From an uncultured bacterium (lineage in GTDB: Bacteria; Patescibacteriota; Minisyncoccia; Phycocordibacterales; Phycocordibacteraceae), in NCBI GenBank assembly GCA_963759775.1, contig CAVXAH010000001.1, positions 38,787 through 102,786 on the forward strand: DNA of 64,000 nucleotides, in the 5' to 3' direction. Numbering within the stretch: position 1 is the stretch's first letter; the number at the start of each line of letters is the position of its first letter. A program made the translations under genes and the position numbers. Below the pieces are notes generated by a model, which searched no databases, was not told the origin of the DNA, and saw only the letters and a list, made by a program, of their open reading frames with translations. Below are positions 29,229 to 38,377 of the stretch, piece after piece.

Positions 29229-29996
29229 TTAACACGACACATTCGCTGAAATGTACTCCACCGCCTCGTCTACAGTGTCCACCACCCGGTAAAGCTCCAT
29301 ATCGGCCTTATCAACCGCTTTACGGTTCTCGTACATCTCTTTTTCGATAAAGGTGAGGAGGGGTGTCCAGTATTCCCTATCAAAGAGCACGATGGGTACT
29401 TTTCTGATTTTCTTGGTTTGCACCAACGTTACGATTTCAAAAAATTCATCAAGGGTGCCGAAGCCACCAGGAAAATAGACATACACTTCCGAAGCGTAGG
29501 TGAGCATCACTTTGCGCACAAAGAAGTGATCAAAGCTAAAACGTTCGGTAAGATACGGGTTGTACTGCTGTATGGCCGGAAGATTAATGTTGAGACCGAC
29601 CGAGGTGCCGCCCGCCTCAAAGGCACCCTTGTTCCCTGCTTGCATGATGCCGGAACTTCCGCCCGTGACGATTGCAAATCCTTTTTTTGCAAGTTTACCG
29701 GCAAGCTCCGATGCAATTGCATACATGGGACTGTCTGCTGGAACACGCGCGCTACCAAAAAAAGTGGCAGAAAGGCCGTGGCGACCAATGATGTCGAATC
29801 CTTCCACAAATTCCGACATGATTTTGAACACTCTCCACGACTCAACACGGTTTGGTTTACACACAAGGAGCGGCTGGTCTTCCGGCATCGTCGCGTGACC
29901 TTCTCGTACCATGTCTGCGAGATGTGCTCCGCTCTTGGCGACCGATGGAAGGTTTTCCCGAGTTAAATCTTCATTCATTCCTATAAATTCTAACAT
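29229..29996 (-). CDS. LOG family protein (TIGR00730 / cytokinin riboside 5'-monophosphate phosphoribohydrolase-like)
   Basis: GGSSGIMQAGNKGA and PGGFGTLDEFFE motifs. Confidence 0.85.
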   Translation of the reverse strand: MLEFIGMNEDLTRENLPSVAKSGAHLADMVREGHATMPEDQPLLVCKPNRVESWRVFKIMSEFVEGFDIIGRHGLSATFFGSARVPADSPMYAIASELAGKLAKKGFAIVTGGSSGIMQAGNKGAFEAGGTSVGLNINLPAIQQYNPYLTERFSFDHFFVRKVMLTYASEVYVYFPGGFGTLDEFFEIVTLVQTKKIRKVPIVLFDREYWTPLLTFIEKEMYENRKAVDKADMELYRVVDTVDEAVEYISANVSC

Positions 29997-30013
29997 GAGT
30001 AAACCAACCTTTG

Positions 30014-30442
30014 TTATGGAGCTTTGCAGGTACTTGAGCGTGTATATCCCTTGGTTTCAGCTGCAGTCGCTGAGGTGAACTTCACAAGGTTTGCGGGGCT
30101 AATACGCGAGATACCGGAGCACCAAGAATAGTAATATTTGGTGCCATTTTTTGAGGCCACGACTTCCCCACTCTCTGTAGGAAGTGTCATAGGCGCGGGT
30201 GTGACCCCCTGCACGACTGCAGCACTCAAATTCTCAAAGGGAACCTCTTGTATGGTGAAAGCATCCCGCTCTCCGAGGTCGCGCTCAACAAGCATCCCAA
30301 GCCAAAAGGTTGTGGAGCAACACAACACAAGGATTCCAACCGCAAAAACATCTTTGGGGATGGTCTCAAAGCGGGCTCGCAACCGATCCAAAAGTCCTGA
30401 CCAAAAGGTCTTGCTTCGTTCAATAAGTCCTGCTATAGTCAT
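30014..30442 (-). CDS. hypothetical membrane-anchored protein
   Basis: 142 aa with one TM; Cys-containing C-terminal domain (YYYSWCSG...C). Confidence 0.4.
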   Translation of the reverse strand: MTIAGLIERSKTFWSGLLDRLRARFETIPKDVFAVGILVLCCSTTFWLGMLVERDLGERDAFTIQEVPFENLSAAVVQGVTPAPMTLPTESGEVVASKNGTKYYYSWCSGISRISPANLVKFTSATAAETKGYTRSSTCKAP

Positions 30443-30462
30443 GCGACATTTAGCTTAGCACT

Positions 30463-30735
30463 ATGGCATCAACCAAAGCCGGCGGATCAACAAGTAACCT
30501 ACGCGACTCAAACCCGAAGTATTTGGGTGTGAAGCTCGGCGACGGCGCAAAAGCTCGTCCAGGCATGATTATCGTCCGCCAGCGCGGCACAAAGATTGAG
30601 GCCGGAAAGAACGTAAGAGTTGGCAAAGACCATACCCTTTTCTCAATGACCGAGGGCACTGTTACCTTTAAACAAAAGCGTTTTACCCGCTACGACGGCC
30701 AGATCGTCTCAAAGAAAGTCGCGCACGTAGTTTAG
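30463..30735 (+). CDS. rpmA: 50S ribosomal protein L27
   Basis: [19 protein letters not shown]...IIVRQRGTK...G.NVG.GKDHTLF signature. Confidence 0.95.
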   Translation: MASTKAGGSTSNLRDSNPKYLGVKLGDGAKARPGMIIVRQRGTKIEAGKNVRVGKDHTLFSMTEGTVTFKQKRFTRYDGQIVSKKVAHVV

Positions 30736-30760
30736 AGTTTTTAGTTTGCAGTTTTGAATA

Positions 30761-30794
30761 AGAAAACCCGGCGCTTTGCGCCGGGTTTTCTAAA
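30761..30794. terminator. bidirectional rho-independent terminator between rpmA (+) and rplI (-)
   Basis: aaaacccggcgc-tttg-cgccgggtttt with T/A runs on both sides. Confidence 0.75.
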
Positions 30795-30823
30795 AACTAA
30801 AAACTTGAAACTGAAAACTTCTT

Positions 30824-31267
30824 CTATTCTGCCTCAACGATTATTTGGAACTTGCCGAAACTCTCTCCTGCAGAGACTGGGACATCAAACGTGCCGACTT
30901 CTTTGATTGGCTTTTCAAGGCGAACTACGTCTTCTGGGAGTTCAATGTGAGCCTGCTCACGAACTGCATCGAGAATCTCTGTCTCCCCCACTGCGTCGTA
31001 GAGGTGCCCTTTCTCGTTCACCTTCATCTTGATTACAATGCGCTTCTCGCCAAGCGTCTCCAAGCTCTGGGCTACCAAGGTTCCCTGCATTTTGCGCTGT
31101 ACGTCCATCTGCTTCTTCCTGAGCTCTGCGTTCTTGCTAGCCGCCGGAGTAGCAGGAATGGCCATTTTCTTAGGGATAAGGAAGTTCAGGCCATGCCCGT
31201 CCGACACCGTGATGGTGTCGTGCATTCGGCCTGTGTCCTTCACATCTTTCGTCAATATAACTTTCAT
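30824..31267 (-). CDS. rplI: 50S ribosomal protein L9
   Basis: MKVILTKDVK..G..GD...V..G...NFL N-terminal domain, 147 aa. Confidence 0.9.
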   Translation of the reverse strand: MKVILTKDVKDTGRMHDTITVSDGHGLNFLIPKKMAIPATPAASKNAELRKKQMDVQRKMQGTLVAQSLETLGEKRIVIKMKVNEKGHLYDAVGETEILDAVREQAHIELPEDVVRLEKPIKEVGTFDVPVSAGESFGKFQIIVEAE

Positions 31268-31268
31268 A

Positions 31269-31404
31269 CCCTGGGGTACAGCATGGCATTGCTCCTAAGT
31301 GGCTAGCCGTGACGTAGAAATATAGAGATTATTAAATCAATACCGCACGAGGAGCAGAGCGGACATCGGAGCAAAAAGCCACGATGCCATGCTGTCCCAC
31401 GGGG
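31269..31404. repeat. MITE-like element (family C), 21-bp TIR CCCTGGGGTACAGCATGGCAT, directly upstream of the rplI start
   Basis: right end ATGCCATGCTGTCCCACGGGG is a near-perfect reverse complement; second copy at 53369-53500. Confidence 0.7.
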
Positions 31405-31446
31405 CATAGTCAGGCTATCCTAACCGTTTAAACGCCAAAAGGCAAC

Positions 31447-33345
31447 TTATTTGGACTCGTGATCGTAGACGCCGTCCCAGGCAGTGGGCGGGTCTTTTTT
31501 GAGGTCTTCGCAACGTTCAATAAACATTTCACTTGTCGCGTCGGGTCCGTATGAGAGCACCTTCTTGAAATGACTTATCGCTTCGTCCCACTTCCCTGCC
31601 GCATACGCTTTGCGGCCGAGCTCAAACTCGGCAACTGACTCTTTCGCGACAGGTGCAGTAATAAGTTCGTAAATCTTTTTTGGTTCTCGCTTTCCTTTCA
31701 CGCGCACCGTGTCTATTTCGCGGGTCGTAAACTGTTTATCAGCCTTAATCTTTTCATACGTGCTCTCGCTTATAAGGCAGGTGACGCCATACTTCTTGGT
31801 AAGACTTTCCACTCGCGAAGCGAAGTTCACCTCGTCGCCCATGATCGTGTAATTAAAGCGCTTTGTGGAGCCCATATTGCCCACAATGACCTCGCCCGTG
31901 TTGAGACCGACGCCAATTTTGATTTCCGGAATGCCGCGTTTCTTCCATTCCACGTTGAGCTCCTTGAGCTTCTTAGTCATATCTTGCACCGCGCTTGCTG
32001 CACGCTTTTCTTGTAGAGAATCCTCTATTGGTGCGCCCCAAAACGCCATAATTGCGTCGCCAATGTATTTGTCCACAAGTCCGCCATGTTCCATGATGAT
32101 GTCCGTCATCGCGGTCAGATACTCGTTCATCAGGTGCGTCAGATTTTCAGGTGTTAGGCCCTCCGAAATGGTAGTGAAGCCTCGGATGTCTGAGAAAAGA
32201 ACCGTCACCCGTTTCCTTTCGCCTCCAAGTGAAAGCTTCTTTGGGTCTTTCATGAGCTCAACGACGACTGCAGGAGAAAGGTACTGCTGGAAACTCTTTT
32301 TAATAAACTGTTTTTCTTTGGACTCGGATACGTATTCAAATGCAAGCATCGCCGCGCTTCCTAGAAACAGAGCAATCAGTACATACAAAAGAGGGATAAC
32401 GATGCCAAACGAAAAGAGAACCAACGCTTTCACCGAGAGCGTGACCACAAACACGGCGAGGATGGCCGTGAGTGCAAGGAAATTCCTAAAGTACGTTACC
32501 GCAAGTCCCGCGAACGTTGCGACCACAAGGAGCAATGGCCACACAAGAAATGGGGGTAGATCGTACATAAAGCGCTTTTCAACAAGAGTATTGAGTGCGT
32601 TTGCATGCACCTCGACCCCCGGCATGAGCCCAAATGGCGTCTTGAAATTATCTCGCAGGCTTTCAGCGGTTGCACCAATGAGTACATACGAGTCTTTGAA
32701 AACAGCGGGCGGAATAGTCCCGTCCACGACGTCTCTCATGGAGACCGTGAGGATGGTCTCTGCTGGTCCGGAATATGCTATACGCAAACGCTCGGGGGTT
32801 CCTTCGACTATCTCCCCGAAAAGCGCGGCCGAGAAGCTGTGGACTGTTTCTCCCGAACGGAGAGTCAAGGATGTGTCCGTTGCGCGCAAAATGCCGTCAG
32901 GACTAAAACTAACGTTTACGAACCCTGTCTGGCTCAACGCTTCAATCACCCCGAGCGGTTTGGTTATGATATTCCCTTTTGCCACTTCAATAGGCAAGAC
33001 AATCGGGACATTTGACTCTTGAATGGCGCGCGCAAGCGCGGCATCGTCGCTTGCACCCGCGCGCGAAGGCTCTGCAAAATGAATATCGATGCCGATTGTC
33101 TTCGCGCTTTGGAGATTCCGAATAGCCTTCGCAAACTCTTCGCGCGCCCATGGCCACTGGCCAAGTGCGGCAAGGCTTGCTTCGTCCGCGGCAACAATAA
33201 CGATGTGGCGTGGTTGCTCGGATTTGATGAACAGTCGGTCGGTGAGCTGTTCCTGCCATGAGTTAAAAAAACCATAGTGAAAACACAAAATCACGAAACC
33301 GGCCGTTCCACACACAATGCTCGCGCGGTAAAAAGTCCGCGACAT
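31447..33345 (-). CDS. CHASE2-sensor class III adenylate/guanylate cyclase with C-terminal TPR-like region
   Basis: N-terminal CHASE2-like periplasmic domain, multi-TM block, cyclase core VTVLFSDIRGFT...KYIGDAIMAFWGAP, 632 aa. Confidence 0.85.
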   Translation of the reverse strand: MSRTFYRASIVCGTAGFVILCFHYGFFNSWQEQLTDRLFIKSEQPRHIVIVAADEASLAALGQWPWAREEFAKAIRNLQSAKTIGIDIHFAEPSRAGASDDAALARAIQESNVPIVLPIEVAKGNIITKPLGVIEALSQTGFVNVSFSPDGILRATDTSLTLRSGETVHSFSAALFGEIVEGTPERLRIAYSGPAETILTVSMRDVVDGTIPPAVFKDSYVLIGATAESLRDNFKTPFGLMPGVEVHANALNTLVEKRFMYDLPPFLVWPLLLVVATFAGLAVTYFRNFLALTAILAVFVVTLSVKALVLFSFGIVIPLLYVLIALFLGSAAMLAFEYVSESKEKQFIKKSFQQYLSPAVVVELMKDPKKLSLGGERKRVTVLFSDIRGFTTISEGLTPENLTHLMNEYLTAMTDIIMEHGGLVDKYIGDAIMAFWGAPIEDSLQEKRAASAVQDMTKKLKELNVEWKKRGIPEIKIGVGLNTGEVIVGNMGSTKRFNYTIMGDEVNFASRVESLTKKYGVTCLISESTYEKIKADKQFTTREIDTVRVKGKREPKKIYELITAPVAKESVAEFELGRKAYAAGKWDEAISHFKKVLSYGPDATSEMFIERCEDLKKDPPTAWDGVYDHESK

Positions 33346-33349
33346 GGGG

Positions 33350-34702
33350 CTAGAAAATAGTGAGCGCCTCTTTCAGGCTCGCACCCTGCTCTTGATCATT
33401 TGCGACCACCACCGTATATACATCGGGTTTAATAGCGCCAGAAAGGAGGAACGTAATCGTTGTGTCATCAACAATTTTAAAACGGAGGGAGATGGAAGAT
33501 TCAAGACCTTTTCGGGTTAAGAAAACGCCCACGGTACGAGAAAGTCCTTGCCCCTGAAGCGTAAGGGTCTCCGATGACTTCTCAGAGATTTTTGATGGTG
33601 AGATATCTTTAAGCTCAACTTTGTCCAGGCGGGAATCTGACTTTTCTTTCTCTTCCTGCTCTTCCTCCGACTTATTATCGTCGTTTTTCTTTTTCCTCTT
33701 GCTCGTTTCTGATTCTGAAGAAGACGTTGCTTGGATTTTCTGTTCTTCACCTTGGAGCACTTCCTTCTCTTTCTTTTCCTTTCCCTTCTTTTCTTCTTGC
33801 TTTTTCGTTTCTGTTTCTGTCTCTGTCTTACTTTGGAGAAGTTTTGCTTTCTCGTTCGCCTTTTCTCTCAGTGATTCTTTTAAAGATTCGTTCGCTTCAT
33901 TAAGACGTTTTTTGGCTGCTTCCACAGAATCCTTCTTGTTTTCGCTGTCGCCCTTATCACGCTTATCTTCTCTCTCTTCTTTCTCTTTTACTTCTTTTAT
34001 TCTTTTTTCCTCAAGCTGTTTATTAAACTTAAACCACGCCCTCTCGGTGTCGTCCTTTGTCATTTTTGAGACGAGCATCTTCTCGGCGCGGTGCTTCATA
34101 ACCGCCTTCTCTCCGACAGAGGTCACAACCATTTTGTCTAACTCTGGCTCTCCCGACGTCTCGTCAATTGGGGTAACCGCAACAGCGCTCTCCTCAACTT
34201 CAACGGTGGTGATGCCATCTTGGTAGGTAACATTGAAGGATGTTCCGCGAACGGCAGCGACCGTGTTCTGGGTTTTGATTTCAAAGTACTCGCCTCTCTC
34301 AAATATTTTCTCAACTCGCGACCAAATGGAACCGCCGAGGAGAACTATCGTGCTAACTTTTTCGTTGTTCTCTGCTGGAATTGTGATCTGCGTGTCGCTG
34401 TCAAGCACCATGCGCTTATCCAAAGAAGTGATAAGAGCGCGCCCCGTGGAAGAAGTGCGTATTGTGGCACCCACACTCGTCGTCGCCTGCTTGTTAACCT
34501 TCACCACGTCAAGCGAGCCTTTCTGGCTTATGAAAACGTCGTCTGCGAGGACGGTGACCATAATGCTGCCTGCGGTATCTACAACCACTCCTTCGCTCGG
34601 TGCCTCGCTCTTGGACCCGTTCTCCACATACACGTAGCTTCCTCCACCAACCGCAAGAAGAACGAGCGCCCCGACAATAAGTTTTATGTGCATAGTAAAC
34701 AT
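33350..34702 (-). CDS. FecR-domain protein with K/E-rich low-complexity linker; start placed at MFTMHIK
   Basis: signal anchor, FecR-like beta domain (GGSIW...AAVRGTSF), long KE-rich repeat region; immediately upstream of the cyclase in the same orientation. Confidence 0.65.
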   Translation of the reverse strand: MFTMHIKLIVGALVLLAVGGGSYVYVENGSKSEAPSEGVVVDTAGSIMVTVLADDVFISQKGSLDVVKVNKQATTSVGATIRTSSTGRALITSLDKRMVLDSDTQITIPAENNEKVSTIVLLGGSIWSRVEKIFERGEYFEIKTQNTVAAVRGTSFNVTYQDGITTVEVEESAVAVTPIDETSGEPELDKMVVTSVGEKAVMKHRAEKMLVSKMTKDDTERAWFKFNKQLEEKRIKEVKEKEEREDKRDKGDSENKKDSVEAAKKRLNEANESLKESLREKANEKAKLLQSKTETETETKKQEEKKGKEKKEKEVLQGEEQKIQATSSSESETSKRKKKNDDNKSEEEQEEKEKSDSRLDKVELKDISPSKISEKSSETLTLQGQGLSRTVGVFLTRKGLESSISLRFKIVDDTTITFLLSGAIKPDVYTVVVANDQEQGASLKEALTIF

Positions 34703-34704
34703 AC

Positions 34705-35943
34705 CTATTTTCCTGTAGTTAGAAACTGCACGGCGCGTTCCATCTGCGGATCTTTTTTCGCCTCTACATCTGCCCGTGTACGCTCTACTTTGATGTCGGG
34801 AGTAACTCCGCTCTCTGCTATCCAATGTCCTGCCGGAGTAACCCAGCGCGCAACGGTTATTTTAAGGGACCCTTCGCCAAGGTCAGTAAGCTGTTGTACC
34901 GAACCTTTGCCAAATGAATGCGTGCCGATAATCGTGGCTTTTTTCGTGTCCTGGAGCGCGCCTGCAAAAATCTCTGAGGCAGAAGCAGAGCCTCCGTCAA
35001 TAAGCACCACGATTTTCGTGCCCTTCGGCACATCGTTGTACCCAACACTTGTGTGAACTTCGTTTTCTGTTTTGCCACCGAAATCTTCGGTTACTACGGG
35101 AGCGCCTTTTGGAAGGAAGTGGCTTGCGATGCGTACGGCGCTTTCAAGATACCCGCCCGGGTTGCCGCGAAGATCAATGACAAGATTCTTGGAGCCTGAA
35201 TTTTTAAACCTGACAAATGCTTGATTAAAAAGCTGACTTGAATTTGCCGTAAAGGCATAGAGCGCGATGTGGTACACACCACTTTTTGCATCAAGCCCAT
35301 CTTCTGTTTCGATCATTTGGATAATCGCTCGCGTAACCGTAACCGTGAGCTTCTTACCGTCTCGGAGAATGATAAGCGTCACCGTGGTTCCTGCGGGACC
35401 ACGAATCTTACCGACCGCATGGTCGGTTGAAATACCGTCCGTGCTTTCTCCATCAATGCCTATAATCTGGTCCCCCGCAAGAATACCGGCCGCCTCAGCG
35501 GGCGTACCCTTGAGTGGCGCAATGACTGTCAAAACGCCGTCCTTTACGTCTATTTCCATTCCCACGCCTGCAAATGTTCCTGAAATCGTTTCTGCGAATT
35601 CCTGCGCTTCTTCAGGAGGAAAATATACGGTGTAGGGGTCACCATAGGAAGCGGCGAGGCCTTCAATGGCACCCCACATACGCTCCTTTACGGAAGGCAG
35701 CGTAGAAGAGGCGTGCGTAATCACGTAGTTTGAATTAAGGGTATTCCATGCCTTCCAAAAATCAGTGAAGTCCGCCGTCTCGTCCGGAGTTGCATCAAGC
35801 CTGTCGCCCACAAGGGGTAAGTGCGCGGCAACGGAAGCGGGAGTAATGCCTGCTCCGCCAACGGTAATGCCAGCGGAGAAAGCCGCCGCCGCCACGAGCG
35901 CGAAAGAAATAGCGCGAAGGGTAAGTGAAGCTCCGGAGCGCAT
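34705..35943 (-). CDS. ctpA: carboxyl-terminal processing protease (S41 family) with PDZ domain
   Basis: PDZ then S41 catalytic segment NPGGYLESAV and ...GKGS.Q; start placed at the internal Met before the signal peptide. Confidence 0.85.
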   Translation of the reverse strand: MRSGASLTLRAISFALVAAAAFSAGITVGGAGITPASVAAHLPLVGDRLDATPDETADFTDFWKAWNTLNSNYVITHASSTLPSVKERMWGAIEGLAASYGDPYTVYFPPEEAQEFAETISGTFAGVGMEIDVKDGVLTVIAPLKGTPAEAAGILAGDQIIGIDGESTDGISTDHAVGKIRGPAGTTVTLIILRDGKKLTVTVTRAIIQMIETEDGLDAKSGVYHIALYAFTANSSQLFNQAFVRFKNSGSKNLVIDLRGNPGGYLESAVRIASHFLPKGAPVVTEDFGGKTENEVHTSVGYNDVPKGTKIVVLIDGGSASASEIFAGALQDTKKATIIGTHSFGKGSVQQLTDLGEGSLKITVARWVTPAGHWIAESGVTPDIKVERTRADVEAKKDPQMERAVQFLTTGK

Positions 35944-35981
35944 ACGATTTCCCGTAGTATACCACGTGCTATTATTTTTAT

Positions 35982-36899
35982 ATGATCTTCCGGCATGAAA
36001 GCGCGGGAATGTTTTGGATCGATGTGGAGCATCCATCGCCGGGAGAAATTCGCACCATCGCGCGCGAATTCTCTATCGGAGAACGCATTGAGACAGAACT
36101 TCTCTCCCCTACCCCACTCCCGCTCGTCGCTAGTGATAATGAGCACGTTCTTCTTGTTCTCCATGTACCAAGCCATGCAGGCGAGGATCAATATTTTAAA
36201 AATCAGGAGGTGGATTTTGTGGTGGGAAAGAACTTCATTTTAACCGTGCGCTATGAAGTCGTTGCTCCTTTTCACCGTCTTCGTAAAATCCTTGAAACGA
36301 CCGGTATGGTAGGTGACACTCCTGAGCTCGGTACTGATGTTCTTCTTGAAATACTCTTTGCACACCTTTTTTCATCTATTCGCGATCATGCAAATCATGT
36401 TTCCGGCCGCTTAGAAAGAATTGAGCATCAAGTCCGTGAAGGTAACGAACGGGAGGCTGTGCTTCGCATTTCAGAAACCAGTCGTGAGTTCCTCCATCTT
36501 TCTTCAGTCACGAGAAATAATGAAGAACCTTTGTCTCGCTTTCTTGACGCACTTCATAGGCGGCATTTCTTTGGAGTTGGTTTTGTAGAGCGTGCGCAGC
36601 GCCTGCGTGCGGAACACGAGCAACTTTCGCGCCTCATAGATACCCATCGCGCAATTGCAACCGAACTTAGAGAGACCAATGACGCTCTTCTTTCGGCAAA
36701 ACAGAATGACGTTATGAAGAAACTAACCGTTATTATCTTTTTGATCCTTCCCGCAGAGCTTACTATTTTCATTTTTGATATGGCATTGCCTGGAGCTCCT
36801 CTTGCGGGAAATCCAAATGCATTTTGGATTGTCATAGGAGTTATTGTGGCGGTTGTTGGTTGCTTATCTTTGTTTGTTGCTCATAAGCGCTGGTTTTAG
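35982..36899 (+). CDS. CorA-family divalent cation transporter with non-canonical DMA in place of the GMN motif
   Basis: CorA-like cytoplasmic domain and two C-terminal TM helices; loop reads IFDMALPG where CorA has YGMNF. Confidence 0.7.
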   Translation: MIFRHESAGMFWIDVEHPSPGEIRTIAREFSIGERIETELLSPTPLPLVASDNEHVLLVLHVPSHAGEDQYFKNQEVDFVVGKNFILTVRYEVVAPFHRLRKILETTGMVGDTPELGTDVLLEILFAHLFSSIRDHANHVSGRLERIEHQVREGNEREAVLRISETSREFLHLSSVTRNNEEPLSRFLDALHRRHFFGVGFVERAQRLRAEHEQLSRLIDTHRAIATELRETNDALLSAKQNDVMKKLTVIIFLILPAELTIFIFDMALPGAPLAGNPNAFWIVIGVIVAVVGCLSLFVAHKRWF

Positions 36900-36901
36900 C
36901 T

Positions 36902-38362
36902 ATGGCATTACTTGATCGAATCTTTGGTGCATTTCAGAAGAAAAGTAAGGCGGTACCGGCATCGCTCTTCTTTACCAACACCTTGTCGGGAAAAAAGGAG
37001 CGCTTCATGCCAACTAAACCTGGCGTTGTCACCATGTATTCCTGCGGACCGACCGTGTATGGTCCCCAGCATGTGGGAAACTTGCGCGCCGCTGTCTTTG
37101 CCGACACCCTAGCGCGCGTGCTCCTTGATGCAGGGTTTCATGTGCGCAGAGTCATCAACATCACTGACGTTGGTCACATGGTCGGAGATGGCGACCAAGG
37201 AGAGGACAAGATGGCTTTTGGCGCTGCGCGCGAAAAGAAATCTCCAAAAGAAATAGCAGACCTTTATACGAAGCGTTACTTAGATGACATTCGCGCGCTT
37301 AACATTGATACCGACCATATTGTCTTCCCGCGCGCGACCGAGTACATCAAGGAGCAAATAGCGCTCGCAAAAACACTTGAAGAAAAAGGCTTTGCGTATA
37401 AAACATCAGACGGGCTTTATTTTGATACGGCAAAATTCCCCAGTTACGGAAAATTGGGCGGCGCCGTGCATGCCGAACTTGAAGCGGGAAAGCGTGTGGA
37501 GGTTGGCGGCAAGCACCGTGCCGCCGACTTCGCCCTCTGGCGCCTCGCAAAGCCACATGACCTCCAGCAATGGGATTCTCCCTGGGGCCGTGGGAACCCC
37601 GGCTGGCACATTGAGTGCTCGGCGATGAGCCGGGCGCTTCTGGGGCAAGATATAGACATTCACACCGGAGGCGAAGACCATATTGCGGTTCACCACAACA
37701 ACGAGATCGCGCAGTCGGAGGCGGCGACCGGCCGTCCCTACGTGCGCTACTGGATGCACAACGCCTTTCTCACCATGCAAGGAGAAAAAATCGCAAAGTC
37801 GGTCGGGAACGTAGCGTACCTTTCCGACCTTGCCGAACATGGTCTCCATCCGCTCGCGCTTCGTTATTTTTTCATACAGGCCCACTACCGCACTCCCCTT
37901 TCTTTTTCGTGGGCTGCGCTTGAAGGTGCAAATGAAGCACTCATGCGCCTCTGGAAAATTGCAAAAGAAATCAAGACTGAATCGGGAAAGCGCGGTGCGC
38001 CCTCGGACGTGCTTGACCGTTTCAATGCGTCCGTGAGGGATGACCTCGGCACATCCCAGGCGCTCGCTATGGTTTGGGAGAATGTGAAAAGTGAGGAATA
38101 CACCTGGAACCAGAAGTGGGCTCTGTTGGAGCGTGCAGACCACGTACTCGGCCTTTCGCTCATTGAGCCGCCGATAGAAAATGCGGAAATTGCGAAAGAG
38201 AACATTCCAAAAGAGGTGGAGGAACTACTCGCAAAACGCGAAGCGGCGCGTGCGGCGAAGGATTTTGGAGCTGCAGATGCACTCCGAAGCGAAATTGAAA
38301 ACCGTGGATATCGTGTGGAAGACGGCCTGAAAGGACCAGGATTGACCAGAAGCACGCAGTAA
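36902..38362 (+). CDS. cysS: cysteinyl-tRNA synthetase
   Basis: MYSCGPTVY..QHVGN (HIGH-like), KIAKSVGN (KMSKS-like), Zn-binding Cys. Confidence 0.95.
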   Translation: MALLDRIFGAFQKKSKAVPASLFFTNTLSGKKERFMPTKPGVVTMYSCGPTVYGPQHVGNLRAAVFADTLARVLLDAGFHVRRVINITDVGHMVGDGDQGEDKMAFGAAREKKSPKEIADLYTKRYLDDIRALNIDTDHIVFPRATEYIKEQIALAKTLEEKGFAYKTSDGLYFDTAKFPSYGKLGGAVHAELEAGKRVEVGGKHRAADFALWRLAKPHDLQQWDSPWGRGNPGWHIECSAMSRALLGQDIDIHTGGEDHIAVHHNNEIAQSEAATGRPYVRYWMHNAFLTMQGEKIAKSVGNVAYLSDLAEHGLHPLALRYFFIQAHYRTPLSFSWAALEGANEALMRLWKIAKEIKTESGKRGAPSDVLDRFNASVRDDLGTSQALAMVWENVKSEEYTWNQKWALLERADHVLGLSLIEPPIENAEIAKENIPKEVEELLAKREAARAAKDFGAADALRSEIENRGYRVEDGLKGPGLTRSTQ

Positions 38363-38377
38363 GGGAAAATTGCCTGA

